Notes: generated by a model not told the origin, from the sequence alone. 64,000 bases of DNA from Camelus dromedarius (GCF_036321535.1 NC_087437.1:38752001-38816000); one strand, 5' to 3'. Shown: positions 26,170 to 41,554, numbered from the stretch's first letter. Translations and numbers: made by a program.

Positions 26170-26690
26170 CTAAATTATAGATTCACATCCCTGGCCTGGG
26201 GGCAAAACCTTCTAGAGGCTTCCCGCCACACCCTGAGTGAAACCCAAAGCCCTTGAGATGCCCTGCCCCACCGCCCACCCTGCTCCAGCCACAGCAGCCT
26301 GCGCGTGATCTCCTGAACAGGCCAGGCCAGCTTTCACCTCGGCACCTCCGCTGCTCCTTCTCCAGGTTCCTGCCTGACGAGCCCCCTCACTTCCCTCTGA
26401 TCTTTACTAAGAAGATACCGTCTCCTCAAGTCCTTTCCTGGACAGTCGATCTAAGATTACAGCCTGCTTCCCACCCACACCACTTCCAGTCTCCTTCCCC
26501 ACTTTATTTTTCTCCTTAGCACTTAACTTTCTTTACTAGATTTTTTTTCTTTGCTTTATTTATTGCCTTTCTATCCAACTAGAATATAAGCTCAATCAGG
26601 GCAAGAATTTCTGGTTTGACTTATTTCACTGCTGTATCCCTGGTATACTGAGTAGTAGGCATTTCGTAGATAATCAATGAATGAACGAAC
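26170..26690 (+). mobile_element. L2 LINE 3' fragment
   Basis: actagaatataagctc...agggcaagaatttc...ttcactgctgtatccc...tagtaggca...tcaatgaatgaacgaa, the typical L2 3' end. Confidence 0.65.
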
Positions 26691-28439
26691 TATACGTGCC
26701 AGGAAGGTGGCGAATGGCTACCTTTTCTTTCCTTCTCTTCTATAAGTACCACTACTTCAGTTCCAATCCCCCAGTTCCTAATATCTAGTATTCAGTAATA
26801 CTTGTGCAATGAATGAATGCATTTAGGAGATACTTCATTCTCTCCTTCATTTGCCTGCCATCCTTCAAGTCGCAGCATTTTTTAACTGAATTTCTGTATC
26901 TGTTGGCTCATTAGTACTCATATTCCCAGAGAAGAGACAGACAACAGAACAGAGATGAAATATAAATTTTTCTGTTGATGTATATAGGCTCATATGATTA
27001 GCATTAGTTAAACCATAGCCCTGAAATATAGAAGCTTTCAGAATACTGAGAGAAAAGAAGGACAGTCTGACTAGGCATTTTTCTACTGCATGGCAATTGC
27101 AGTTTTTTGGGGTTTTTTTTTGCACAATAAAGTTCCTACAATAGTTCATGCAAGTGTCTATTTTAAGTTTGAGAATTCATACAGCTTATGAAGTCATTTA
27201 AATGGAAATTTTAACCATGGTTTGAATTGGTGCTTAACTACCTTTCCTATTTTGGATAAAACTATACCCAGGCTTTCCCTCATGACACTATCTAACTGAG
27301 ATCTGGCTTTTTCAAACAAGTATTAACATTAGCTGACATAAGATGCATGTCTTCACACAAGTCTCTTTTTGGCATTTTTTCAAGTGGTGGGCTGCTAATA
27401 ATCATTCTTCTTATTAGATGAAATCTACTCAATCACTTTTCTCTTAGCTGCTTCGAGCCCAGCAGCATTCCAGGCTCCTTGGGAGAGCCTTCAGGGTAGG
27501 ATTTACTCTCATAAAAGGTTCTGATCAATACATTTGGGTTGAGAGAGAAGGTTAGGACAGGTAAAGCGGTAAGAAGACAACTGGAGATCACCAAGGTGAG
27601 GGGAACCAGGCTGACGGGGCGCCCTGCTGAGCCCGCAGATTTTCACACACAGTCTCTCTGCAAACCAAGAGGAAATGTACCCCCCGTCCCATGAAAATGC
27701 GGGACTCTATAAAGTAAAAGTTACACTTCTCAAAGGAATGAATAAGCACATATGAGAACATATGGGAAACTTATGTGCTCACAGTAATAGAAGTAAACAT
27801 TATTCTAAAATTGGATGTATAGAAATAGACCCTCTAGAGTAATATTCTTAGCTAGCAATCAGATTTCAGCTGGACAGCATCACAATATTTCAGGAAATAA
27901 TGCATGAGGGAAGAAAAAGACGGTTAGGTTTCTGGTCATCCAAAATTGACGTAAGTGCTCTTTAGATGGGCTAGAATATGCAAAAGCACACTGGTTTTAT
28001 AATGGGAGTAAAAATTTCTGCATAAACTTTTCAAAATCGATGTGCTTGAACCAAACATAGAAGACATTTAATTTTCTTAAGTTATCTGATTTTTTCTTGG
28101 GAATTCACCTCTATGGACACTTTGAGTAATGCCAGCAAAGAGGAAAAAACCTAAAATCCAGTACTCAAGTATCAACTCCTAAAAAGTTTTTATATGGTAT
28201 AAACCTGTATCTCAGAGAATACCCACAACACAGGCAGGATGAGCTGGGCTGAACTGGCTTTTCCTTCAAATCATCACAGCAGTACACGAGCAACCCCATC
28301 TTCATCCAAACTCTCTGTATCAAGTTTTCACTCCAAAATGTGAAAATATGCAACATATTTTGGAAAAGGTTTCATAAAAATCTGGCTTATAAAGAGATGC
28401 TATATAAGGTCTCTTATCTGTTGCATCCTGAATATTTCA

Positions 28440-29250
28440 TTTAACAAATCAAACAAGTATTTACTGAGCATTTAGTATATGCCAGGCATTGTTTTGATAC
28501 TTGAGAATACATCGTGAGCACATAAAAAATATCTGCCTTTGGGGAGCTCATATTCTGCAGACAGATAGAAATGATAAACATAACTAATAGTATATTAGAA
28601 GTTAGTAAATGTCATGGGTGAAAAAAAGAAAAGTGTGAAAGAGACTGGAGGTGTGGGAAGGATGGGTCAGGTTTCACTTTTAAACACGGTGGTCAAGTCA
28701 GGATTCACTAAGAAGGAGACACTGGAGCCAAGACTTGAAAAAAGTGAAGGAGTTACTCCAGATACCTCAGGTTAAGTGTTCCAGACAGAAGGAACGGGCA
28801 ATGCAAAGGCCCGTTCTACTGTGCAAGCATACCTGGGATGTTCTAAGAAAAGGAGAGGGACTGGAAGAGTCGAGGTGGAGAGAGCCTAGAAGGTCAAGGG
28901 TGAAGGTGGGGACAGGGCAGATAGCGACAGGCCTTGTAAGACCTCATGAAGACTTGGCTTTTATTCTGAGAGAAATGGGGAGTCACTGGTGCAATCTGAG
29001 CAGTAACATGGAATACTGACTTTGAGTTTAAAATAATGATCAGTCTGACCACGTGCGTGCAGAATGCAAGCAGGAAAGCTAGTTAGTAGCAGGTGTCTGC
29101 AGTCATCCAGGCCCGAGTATAACAACAGAATAGGACCAAGTGCAAGTTGCACCCAATTCTGTGGTTAAACTTCAGGTAAGCCCAGTGCGTGTAACCAGCT
29201 GAGATGGGGAAGGCCACCATGGACTAGGTCTGTGAGGAAGGTCAGGAGTA
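28440..29250 (-). mobile_element. L2 LINE fragment
   Basis: Starts with reverse L2 tail (aacaagtatttactgagca...tatgccaggcattgtt), followed by L2 body motifs (gacttggcttttattctgag...). Confidence 0.65.
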
Positions 29251-29429
29251 AGCCTTTACTGACTGCAGAGTAATTTACTCAGCCTGTAGGAGTCAATCTA
29301 GATTCCCAAAGGCAACATATGTAGGGATGTTTTCTTCCAATGGAGGCAGGAGAAAGAACAATCCAGAAAGTGGACAGAGAATGTGTAAGAGCACTGGGGC
29401 AAAAAACCAAAAACAAGGTATTTGTCATA

Positions 29430-29570
29430 TTCCTCAGACTTCCCTGAAAGTAAGAACCACCTGGAGTGCTTGTTCATTGCATAGATTCCTTGGGCTCAAC
29501 CTGAATCTACTGAGTCAGAACTTCCAGGGAAGAGGCTTGATAATCTGAACATTTAACAAGTGTGCCCCGA
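29430..29570. mobile_element. MER5-like fragment
   Basis: agaaccacctggagtgcttgtt...agattcc...ctactgagtcagaac...atttaacaag. Confidence 0.55.
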
Positions 29571-32500
29571 CTCCCCACTCCCCACCCCTCCCCTCAGCCC
29601 AACTCCTACTCCCCACGAACTTTCATAGGAGCGTTCTGGAAACAGAATATTTAGCATAGGTTTGACATAAAAGTGGGTAATCTGGATGGGGAGAGAATGA
29701 ATGGGATAGGGCTACAATGGACTTAATCAAATCTGCATATAAAAAATAACTTTATGAGTAGTGTAGAAGACATAGTGATCCAAGAGAGAGTAGAGGTTGA
29801 TGGATTAGTTAAGAGGTAATTTCAATAACCTAAAATAAACTTCCATATTGCCCAAATGCAAGATGATCTCCAGTTTTGCCAGTAAGACGTCTTAATCTCA
29901 TAAAAAAAAGTGGATTTTTTTTCCAACTGGAATATACAAAATTTTAGAGAAGTAAAAATGAGTGGGGAGTGAAAAAGAAAATGAACAGGCACTTAAGGAT
30001 ATCCTAATGGCAACTAAATATTGAAAAAGTGGCCAACTAAATTAGTTATCAGGGAAATCAAATTAAAATCATAATGTAACACCACTGTCCTCTAAGCTGT
30101 ATACTTATGATTCATGTACTTTTCTGAATGTATAGGTGTTTATATAAGATCTTGAGCCTTGTTATTTTCAGTTACTTAAGTGCAATTAGTAGTGAAATAC
30201 AAAACATTTAGATAGGTCTCTTTTTTCTCCATCTGCATCTCCCCCAATTTGATTCAAACTCTCCACAGGCATGTCCGACATGTGTGTCTGCATCACCTCG
30301 GGTCAGTTTTTTTTGTCCTCTGATAGTTCTCTGAAGCATATTCATCTTCACTGCTGCTACAGCACTGGTGCAATCTGTCTGACGCTATCATGGGAAATGT
30401 CCTAAGTCACAAATATTTTGTAAAAAGTAGGACAGAACATCTTCACTTGTCTTGTAGGTGCAGATTCGTGCTTTCTGTAGCCCTAGCTCCTGAATGTATT
30501 GGGGGTGTTTTTTGCTTTGTTCTGTTTTTGCGGGGAGAGGGGTAGTGAAAAGGCTTATTTATAAAGATATTTTGCATTTGCAATTGTGAGGACACATTTC
30601 TGGGAATGAATATCCACACTATCTTAAATGCTGCCGCACCAAAAATCAAGATTTTGTCAGGTGCCCTCCATAAATATCTAACCTCATTAAACAAGGTCAT
30701 TTTGGGCCAATGCGTCTTCCTCACACAGTGCTCTGCTGTTTAAAATAAAGCAGTTGGGAAAGCACCCAGAAATAGCAGAGGCTTTGTACTCACTCCAGTA
30801 CAACGAGACCCCCTCTTTTCTGAGCAGCAATTTTGCAGGGTGAAGGAATCTTGCCTTAGAATAGTCAAGCATATGCAGTAATCACTGACAGAGGGAGAGG
30901 AATGCGTGGAAGTAAAATATATTTCAGAAATAAGTGCAAGATGCCTGAGTGACTGGCTCAGAGTGCACTATGAAAGTGGATCCAAGGATGGTGTCGAGAT
31001 TTCTGGTTTGTGCTACTACCGTGTGAAAGGAGATCCAGGACCAAGGAGGGCGGTGGGGGTTTGAGGGGAGAGGAGTCACGCATCCCATGTTGGACATGTT
31101 TCATGTTTGACAGGGATACCAAGACAGTACAGGGAGATACGCAGAGTAATGGAAGAGACACTTGAGTTGCTGGTAGCTGAAGGTCACTGCTGGGAAGGTC
31201 TATTTCACTGTCACTTACAAGTCTAAGAAGACCCAACACAAGGACCCCTGTGAGGTAAACCCCAGCTTCTCCTCCACAGCCACCTCTTACTCTTCCTGGC
31301 TTTTTTTTTTTTTTTTTTTTGGTCCCACAACCAAACTGTTTAACCACGTATACAGGTTACCACTGAAGGAACTTAAAAAGAGACTGTAGGGACAAAGTCA
31401 ACACCAAATGTCTAAAACCTGCTTCACCAGTTTGATTGGAATTCTTAAGTGATATCCTGCATTCTCTTTCCATTTTTGAACATTTTAAGTTCTCCTTTGA
31501 AATAGGAGCATAATTAACTACAATTTCCTTTCTTTTCTTATATTTGCTACAGAAAAAATGAGTATTTTCCTGTGGTTGGTTAAGAAGATCACATGTGGTC
31601 CTAAATAAGAGTATCTCCTGCACTGATGTACCAGGCACTGCCTGATTTGGTGAGGGGAACAGGGTGGGGGTTATATTTTAATCACTACTCACTGCACAGC
31701 ATGTAAGAGCCCTTAAAAGCAGAAGGCAGAGATCAATGGGTGAGACCCTAAAGTTCAAATAAAAACATTATTCTTTCTTCATCCTTAAGAAAGGATGTAT
31801 GGATTTTATAGGGATAGTGGGAGACTTCCCATGATGATGTGATGTGAGGAGGCTACAGAAAGTTTTGTGAAAGCTTATTCTGGTGAGTAGGCCCTGAGAT
31901 ACTTCAATCATACTGGCCTCTATCATGCAAACACAGTCACCCACGATGTGACACGCAACAGTGAGATAAGGGTCTGCCTTCACCGTGGTCCCTGGAGGAG
32001 TTCCCAGGCAGTCTGGACGACCCACGTCTGTTCTCCCATGGGGCCCTAAGCAAATCTCTATCCACAGTCTGATTAAAATACTTCACGTATAGATTTGTCA
32101 CTCCTACTCCTTTGTGGAGTTACTTATGAGAGTCAGTGTTTTTACAATTTGTGCATATTGTCACTGAGCCTTGAGTCTGGTGCAAGCTGGGGACCCTCTG
32201 ATTGTTTACTGAATGACTAAACCAAGACAATCAGCACATAATGTTAACAATGTACTCTTCATATCAATTTCATAAAATTTACATACAAAATGTGTAAGTG
32301 GTTACATACCAAGATAGATTTCTGAGACCAGCTTTAAGAAACTTTAAATTTGAAACAGCTGACTTATACCAACGTAAGCATAGGCATTCACTGGCAACCT
32401 CTAAAAGTTTCTTTATAAAAGGTAGAGACAACATATCTAATATCTATGTTGTTTAAATTAACAAAGTGCATGGGGATTTCTGGAAGCACAGTAAAAGCAA

Positions 32501-32976
32501 TAGACAGCCCAGATCTTTAGAAAGGTGCATGACGGGACGTTAAAAGAAAGCAAACAAAATCTTTGATGTCATCAGCATTCTAATCAGAGTTCAGACTTCC
32601 AAGTTTTCTTTTCAGCCCATTCCATACTTAGTATTCATGTTAAATCCATTGAAAATAACTTAAGTAGGACTGAGATGGATTAGCCTAGAAGAAGAAAAAA
32701 AAGAGAGAGAAAGAAAAAAGAGACAGACTGACAGAGAAGTAGAAACAGATGGAGCCAAGAGATAATTTAATGAGAATTTTTCAAGTAATTTAGGGAAATA
32801 ACACTGGCCTGAGCCAAGATTCCTGAGCTCCTTGCAAACCAAACACTAACCAGTTCTGGGCTCACATTTAAGAAACTTTACCTTTTGAATTCTATTTCCT
32901 CAGCAATAAAATGAAGCAGTTGGATGTTTGAGTCACCAAGGTTCTTCCAATGCTAAAATTCTAAATATGCATATTT

Positions 32977-33096
32977 GTTTGTTTATTTAAATGAAGTATA
33001 GTCAGCTATAATATCAATTTCTGATGCATAGCACAATGTCCCATCCATACATATATATACATATATTCATTTTCATATTCTTCTTCATTAAAGGTT
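32977..33096 (-). mobile_element. 5'-truncated L1 3' end (~120 bp) with 15-bp target-site duplication
   Basis: T-rich tail then tgaagtatagtcag...tcaatttctg...catatatatacatatattcattttcatattc; flanked by taaatatgcatattt at 32962-32976 and 33097-33111. Confidence 0.8.
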
Positions 33097-36000
33097 TAAA
33101 TATGCATATTTAAAGCAAAGGAGAAGAGTGGCATCAGCAATACACTATCATTTCCAATTGGTTTTGCATATTCTTAGTGAAATAAATCTGAATAAGATAG
33201 GAAAGACTCAGTTTTGCAGAAAGGCTCTGATTTTTTCAGTAAAGGTTTTTGATAAAAGAATGCTATTTTGGATTTCTTTGTCATCTATGATTTTCAGTAA
33301 GTTGAAAACTATTACATATAAACTAAGACCCTGTGTCACACGTAAGGGGTCCTAGAGTGGGGCTCTCTTTTTCTACAGGTATGACTCTAAAAAGTGCAAA
33401 CACATTATCCTTCTTTGATACTGAATGAATTAAAAAAGCAGTAAAGTGCATACAAATCCAGTCGCTACTCTAATTGCAAACAAGTCTAAGGAGCATGTTT
33501 GCTCCTTTGTCTCCCTGCCTGATAAATGTTTCAATTTGCTCTCCCCATAACTGACTCTTCCACATCCTGAGAAATAACCAAGCATATCTGGTGAACAGCC
33601 TGAACATAGAGGTGGGAGAATGCAAAGGCCAGGTGTTCCTTGGAGATTTCTGCACGTGTCTACTCGTACATATCTGCAGGCAACATTTAATGGTAGAACA
33701 GGACAGATGCTAGAAGTCCAGAGATTTGGATTTAATTTTTAATCTGAAAAATATTTATTTTTATTTTAAATAAAAAGTACTCATTTTATTTTATATACAT
33801 TTTATTTATATTTATTTTATGTCCTACTTTCCTTACTGGTAAAATAAAGGGGCTTAGCAACTGGTTTCTAAGGCTTCTTCCAGCTCTAAAATTCTCTGAC
33901 TCTCTGATGTGGTTTAACAGGCAAGGATACAGAATCAGAACTGTGGAATGACCTGGATCTTGCAGCATAATAGTGATGTTCAGAAAGAATGCTGGCCTGA
34001 CTGAAACAGGGGGACCCAGCAGGGCTATAAAAGAAGACAAGAGGTGGGGCAACATCTTTATTTGGCTAAAGGGCTTAAGTCCCTTTGCTTCTGCAAAGTA
34101 TCTGAAAATGATTAAAATTATTTTGACAGCTGCAAGTAATTGGGAGGTGGGTAAAACAGGAAGTGCAGGCACACAATAACCTCACTGGTTCCAGATTCAA
34201 CCAACTCAGTATTTATAGTAATTTGGACATGGGTATCTGATGTTTATTATTAGTCTACATTTTGACTTTCAAGCATTATAGAGTAAAACTAACTATAACT
34301 ATAGCTCAAAACAAGACTCATTAGCATACTAGACACTTCATCTCTGATGTTGTGTTATTTCTCCATTGACTAAGTGTAAATCAGAATTTCTCAGGAAGAG
34401 CAAACAGTTATTCCACTAAAGATCTTGGTTCTATTCTTTACCACCTTGTAGATAAACCTACCACCAAGAGGTTAAATATATTTGCAGATAAGTGTTCATA
34501 TATTCAGGGAAAAAATGTCCTTCAAAACTCACTTCGGTAGCAACCATCATAAACTCTGCTTTTATAGTTCTTTACAATTTATATACAAAGAGCTTTTACA
34601 CCCAATTCACATGTAATTTATGGGAGAACAAGGTGCTGTTTGGAAATTACTCCTATCTACTCATTAGAAGATCTAGTGACCTTTCTTTAGCCATTAGCTC
34701 ACCTTACATGTACAGTATTAAAAACTGCATTTACTTAAGAAGCATTAAACTTTTTGGTGATTTAGTGTGGGTCTCAATCCATTATTCCAAATTTCTGAGG
34801 AGCTACTTCATAAGAAAAGGAATCCATTTATTATGGTAATTTTGTGACTGTCATTCAAGAGACTGTGAGAAGTAAAGGAAATTATCATCTTTAAATTTAC
34901 CTTTAAATCGTTGATACAGCATACCTGCCACCCCATTATAAAGCTGTGCAAACCTAAGTATTTAGATAAAAGAAAGGATTTTTTTGTACCTACTGCTAAA
35001 TATGAATTATCATAGGAGACTTGGGACAATTTTTAGTTAATATTCATGCTTGGTTTGTTCATCTTTGCTTTAGAATTTTGAGAACTCACTAGGTAAGTTT
35101 TTTTTTTTAACATTTTAAAGAACTCATTTTTGAGTTCTACTTTTAATGAAGATAATTTTGTGCTACTTTGTTACTTACTCAGTGACTCAATAAAAAGTAC
35201 AGTACTTATAAGTAGCCTATCCCTTGAACACCATAAATTTATGAATTAGGAATTGTAACCCTGGATCCAAAACAATAAACCTAGAAATACACATTAGGCA
35301 GTTACTTAAATAAATACATAATTAGCAGTATATGTAGGCAAACAAAAAAAAATAGCACTAAATATTACAGCTTTTTTCTGAGGCTACCAAACACATACAC
35401 ACAAACACACACACACAATATATAAAACCAAAAACCAACAAAAAAAACTCCCTCTAATCTAAACATGGTTGCCCACGTACTGACAGAACTCAGTAAGTCA
35501 TCCCCATACTAAATACATCAGAGTAAACGATACAGCCATTTCAGAGGGAAAAAATAAGCCAGGACTCATTAAAAAAAAAAAAAAATTTCTCATAAGGCAG
35601 AAATGACAATTCTACATTATCAATATGCAAAATATACATATTTATCTGAGGTGCAGAAAGTATTTCCATCACCTTGTCTTTCAGTTTCATGAATTTGAAA
35701 AGAACATAGATGAAACCTACCAAGAGCATATTAATAGTTTCTGGCCTGCTGTTTCACTAGAAATACACAAAAATACTTTTGTAATTCCATAAAGAAGTAG
35801 TAAAAGATGTTATGAGCTTAATTTCTCATTCTAAATTTAAATAAGTTTATAAAATATCACTATATATGATATATATCTGATGAAAATATATATCTAACAA
35901 TATTGCATTAAAGAATTGAAATAACTTTCACAAGATTTTCCTTACAAAGTCGATGATCAGAAATTAACCTACATAATAAGATAAAGCAAATATTGATAAT

Positions 36001-39000
36001 TCACTGGTGTTTTTTTCTGGTAGGCTTACATTCCTTATTGCAATGGAAAAACCTGAAAGCAAACAAAAAAAAAATTACTGTGGTTACAAATTTTCTTTCA
36101 ATACTCCAAGTAAGAATATAAAGTGGGGAAAAAATCTCTTTAAATTTGGCTTCTGAATGGTTCTGTTTTTCAGAGAAACTTTTTTCCTGAATTCTGAAAC
36201 CAGAAACATGATTACCACTTTACATATCCACTTCTCGCAGTAAAAAAAAAAAAATCTGTTACTTTTTTCTGTTTCCCCAATAAGATACTGCAATGTTGAT
36301 CAAATAAAGGACAGATAGTTTTTAAGTCATAAAGGGAAGCTTCATTTCTTTTCTTTCATCCATTTTTTCTTATGATTTCTCTAAAACTTAAAATGGAAAC
36401 ACGTATACATGAAGCAAAACATCAACTTAAGTTTAAAAAAACTTAACCAGGTTAAACTGAAGAACTGCACATCCACTTGGCTTTGATTCTGTAAATAAAC
36501 ACTAAAATATTACAGGGATTGCTGTGGTTGTTGAGAATTATGAATGCCTTTTCTTCTTTTGTTACAAAATTTTTCTGCACTTTTCAAATTTCTACACAAA
36601 AATAACCTACTCAAGTTTGTCATAGTAATTAATTATGCTGATGCTCATTTTACCATAACTTAACTGAGGGGAACTTTTTTTTTATTGTACATATGCTCTA
36701 AAAGAAAGGGAAAGATCAAAATCTATTGATGAGCTCATTGTCATGTCCAAGGGACAGCATACATTTAGTTGAACTGTCTTCATAACTGATGTATGTTTCC
36801 AGTACTAGAAGAAAATTGTTGTTTCCACCGATGACTATTCTAACAGTGAAGTAAAGCAATTAATACAGTTTGGAATGCTTTTCAATAAAATAACTCAAAG
36901 CAAAAAGTTATTTTTCTTTAATGATTTCTCTTCCTTTTACCAGAAAAACAGAACCAACAACAACCAACTCGGCACAGAGCTTTCAATACAACTTCAGATT
37001 CAACAGAATGATTTAAATACAAAGACCAGAAACCACATGGGTGGAGAAGGAAATAAGTTTTCTATTTAACATTGACAACTAAATTCAGCAGAATATTCCA
37101 TTTCCTGTATTCCACTTAATCGAATTTTACTACTTTGATATTCATAGTCTCCGAGTAAAATGAATTAAGAATTGAAACAGCAGCCTTTCAAAGATCATTC
37201 CAAAATACAATTCACGAGATAAATAAAAATGCCCGTTAAAAACATCAAGTCTTTTAATATGTTAAAATTACTTTCCCCAATGGAGATCTTAAAAGGATGT
37301 CATTAGAGCTTTATGTCCTATTTGTATTTTCTAAGTTAGTGTTATATACAAACGCTGATGTAATGTACCTTGTTTTCAACTATGAAGCCTTCGTATAGAA
37401 AGGTGAAGTTACTAACTCACAAGTAGTAAGACAAGTAATTTGCTTTTCTGGAAGTTGTACTTTATCAACTAATTAAAATATGGGTGAGGTTGGCTGCCTT
37501 TTTCAAAATGTCTATCATGCACCAGGCACAGAATAGATGTTTTCACCAGAGTCGTAACTGCAGAAAGCAAGCATAACCCTTATTTGAATAGGCAATGAAA
37601 CAGGCGCAGTGGCTAGGTAACCTGTCAAACATCATCCACGTATTTAATTATGGAGTCCACATTTGAACTCAGGTCTACATTCAATCCAAATTTTGGGAAA
37701 GTGCATAGTTTATCTTCCTGAGTTGGGTGTTCACACTGTGGCGTCATTAAAGTCTCTAATGTAATCTACTTCATCAAATACAGATTCAAACAGGTTATAA
37801 AATCCCAAATGAATTATTTTTAATGTTCTCTTCCAATGATATAATTGATCAATAATTGCCTGCTTTTCAACTCATGGAAACCACCTTTGTTTTTATTAGG
37901 GTTATTACAGAAGTAATGAAAAAAAGAAAAACCAATTTCTGAGGCCTGCCTAAACAGAGGCATATGGATTTGTAACTTGAAAGGGAAAGCTTATTCATTC
38001 AAGGTAACACCTTTCTGATTAAAGGTTAAATCCATAGTCTGAAAAAAACTGAAGTCAGGGAGTTCCCCCCCAACTTCTTTACATTTAATAAGTTCACTCT
38101 TCTTTGTGAGTGGAGGTTTTCTACATTAAATTGTTAAATCTACTTTTATGACCAGTCCTTAAAAAAAAAAACTGATAGTGAAAACAGCAGCTTTCTTTCC
38201 ATCCTACAGGCCAGGAGCTGGCACTACAGACTCAAAGAGTGGTACTCAGAGAGTGGTACCTGGCGCACACCTGCCGCACACTGCTTACAGCAGTCTCCAG
38301 TGCCAGGGTAGGGATGATGGCCAGTGGCACAGACAAGCATGGCCTAATGAAGCCTTCCAGCTTACATCGTCAGAGTTTCTGAATGTCCTGGCACACCCAA
38401 AGGAAAGGGAAGGGATGCTAAATTGGAAAGAAAACTGAATTGAGGGTCGGCAGATTTTCATTGCAGTTCCTTCTCTCATTTACTACTTCTGTCATTCTGA
38501 ACATACGACCTTTCTGAACCTCCTTCTTCTAATCCATAATGTAAATACTAGGGCCTAAAATTCCCCTGTACGGCACAAAATAGGTACTCAATGAATTTCA
38601 GCTGAATTTAAAACAAGAAAAAGGCAGGATCTTGTTCAGGACTCTCAAGGCATGAACAATGAATAAATACAAGAAATGCCACATTCAGGAGAGAGCCACC
38701 TGGAGTGACGACCGTCACTGGCCACGGTGAGACGGTCCCCCCGACGGTGGGTGGAAACCAGCCCAAGAGGAAAACAAGGAAACGCAGCAGCAGGAAGAGG
38801 CCCCAACTGTGAGATTCTCTGGGGCACACCAGACAATCCAGCAGGCCAGGGAGATGGCCCATTTTCCTTGATGACTACAAGAGAATGCTGATTTCACTCA
38901 GTTTGCTATTGAATGAGTCACACGGGTGGTCAGACTGAGAAAATATGTGAGGGAGTGGAAAAATGTAAGTAATTACACAGATGTTGTAGAACTTACTTTA

Positions 39001-41000
39001 AGTTAAAAAATTCCTTGCTCTGAGTGTTTTGCTAACTTTGAGTATGCACAGGGACTGATATGTCCCCCCGCCCCAGGAAACAAGCCCCCACGGCCTTATT
39101 CTTCTCGAGGGCTGAGATGCCACTGACTGAGTTCCACTGTTGTAAACCCCAGGCAGGGAGTGAAACACCACGTAGCAGTCAAACATGCTTTAGGGGATCA
39201 CAACTCTAAAGGATACTTAGAGAGTGAGTTTCATTTTATGACCAGTCTGGGACTCTGGGTTTTCCCCAGGGCCAAGTTACTGTACCGATATGCAGGGTAA
39301 CTCAGCCCTGGACTGTTTCTGAGTTGTGCTGAGTGTCTCAGGAAAGATAGGTGTCTGCAGGACGGGTCTTTCCAGTCCAGCCTGACACTGCTTAGGATAA
39401 GCCTGGACATCGTGTCAACGTGGCATGCGCTGTGGGTGCTGCTTCCCAAGGCGTCTGTCACCAAGTGGCAGAGTGTGAAGCCCGTCCAACCCGGGGGATG
39501 ACTGGGGAAGGAGGATGGGACGGGAGGAAACTGATACCAGGTAACATTCGAGGCCTTCAATGTATTTACTCTTTACACCAACACGGCAAGAGACGATTTT
39601 ATTTTTTTTAAATTGGGCTCAGAAAGATTCAAAACCTTGTTTGAGGACGTAAAACTAAAATTGGGCAAACCTATGAGTCAGCTGGACTTCAGAGCCAACT
39701 ACGTATGATATATGGAACAGGGACAAAAAGTTCAGTAGAAAACCTAAGTAAAATAACATCTTCCCCATGAAGACAAGTGGTTAAAGTACAGGTGAGTGCC
39801 AGAAAGACAAAAAAGTGAACCAGGAAGAGCTAAACTGAAAATAAAACCGCCTCCAAAACTTGATTATTTGAAAAGTTTTTTCAGAGTCTCACTTATTCTT
39901 ATTATAAATAACTCTTATCAAGTTTGCTTACTGGGCTTTCAAGTCCACAGCAAAATTAGATGAAGCAGCTTTAAGGCGAGGGAGACAGAATGACTACACC
40001 AAGAAGCAGATAACAGCCAGTATTATGGAGATAATCGTTACTCAGGGCACTAAGTCCATAGATACAGATTGAAGACTATTTAAAGGACAGGCAACTGCTC
40101 TATACATGATGACAACCAAATAAATGAAACACAATTCCCTATATTTTTAGTCATTTCAGCAAGGTGATCTTTAAAAATATGTAACTAAATAATTTACCAT
40201 CTCTACTTCTGTAAACCAGGCTTCCTGACTTTTTGTTGTTTTGAAAATATGGTTTCTTTCCTTCTTACATTCTGAGCATGCTAAAAGAAACACAATATTA
40301 CAGCACAAAATAACTGCACTGACCCTAAGGTATCAGAAGGCCTTCACCCTGCCTCTCGCCCTGTAATTTTCCCCTCTTCTTTGTTTTACTTGCTTTCATA
40401 TGGCTCGCACCATAGTCTGCCCATCCTTGCTAAAAGAACTCCTCGGGGGTGAGGACTATGTCTTACTTACATTTGTAACTTCAGAGTATCTAGCACAGTG
40501 CCTTCTACATAAGGTAAACTACTTCATTACTTAAACTAATGAAATTTATGTTCAGTATACTCAATTTTAGAATACAGGGATGCACGTAGAAACAGCTTCT
40601 ATATGACATCGTTAAAATAAAATTCTAGGGCTTTTTGAAAAGGCAAACCTATGTATTCATTTGTCAAATAACTATCTCTTATATTTCAGGCATTGTTGTA
40701 GGCCTAAGGATTAAAATGGTGGACATGAAACACCAGTTTTCTGAATTTAAGTTCTTATAATCTCACAGAGGAAGACAAACAAGATATAATGAACAAGGAG
40801 ATACAATATGAGATTGCAGAGAGTCATCAGTGCAAATAAGGTAATAATTTAGGATAATGGGAGAGAGGGTACTTGGGCTATCATCATTTTCAGCTTATTT
40901 CCTTCTATAAAGGAAGAGATGTAGCTATCACTTCTAAAGATTGCTCAGAGGCTAAAAAACATGAAAGATGCAGGCTTCTCAAAAGCAGCCGTCCACCTGC

Positions 41001-41554
41001 TGTAGGAGCCAGCCTTCCAGATGGTTCCCTGTGATCCCCACACCTCCCGGTACTCATACGCTGTGTCCTGCTCTTCTACATTGGACCAGCGTTGGTCTCT
41101 GTGACGGACAGCACCCAGCACAAGTGCTGTTATCTCACTTCCTCACATTCAACATCCCAAAGACCGGTTTCTGTGTTGGGCTCTTCCTCTCAGGTCGTCA
41201 CTCCGTGGGAAGCCAGCTGCCATGTCATGAGACACTCAGGCAGCCTATGGAGGGGCATTCCACAGTGAAAAACGGAGGTATCTGACCAACAGTGAGAACT
41301 GACGCCTGCCAGCAACCATGTGAACGAGCTGGGAAGTGGATCCTCCCCCAGCGCATCCTGGGATGACTGCAGCCCAGTCAACGGCGTGGGTACAGCCTCA
41401 GGAGAGACCCTGCGCCAGCTCTATTCAGCTAAGCTGCTCCTGGATTCCTGACCCTTTGGAAACTGCGTGAAATAGTTAATGTTTGCATATGTCTGTTGCT
41501 TAAAGGTGCTAAGTTGGGGGGTAATTTGTTATGAAGCAATAGTTAGCTAGTACA
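41001..41554 (+). mobile_element. MaLR (MLT1-type) solo LTR, inserted within L2-like sequence
   Basis: TG...CA termini (tgtaggagccagcc...tttgttatgaagcaatagttagctagtaca); near-perfect 5-bp TSD cctgc/gctgc. Confidence 0.75.
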
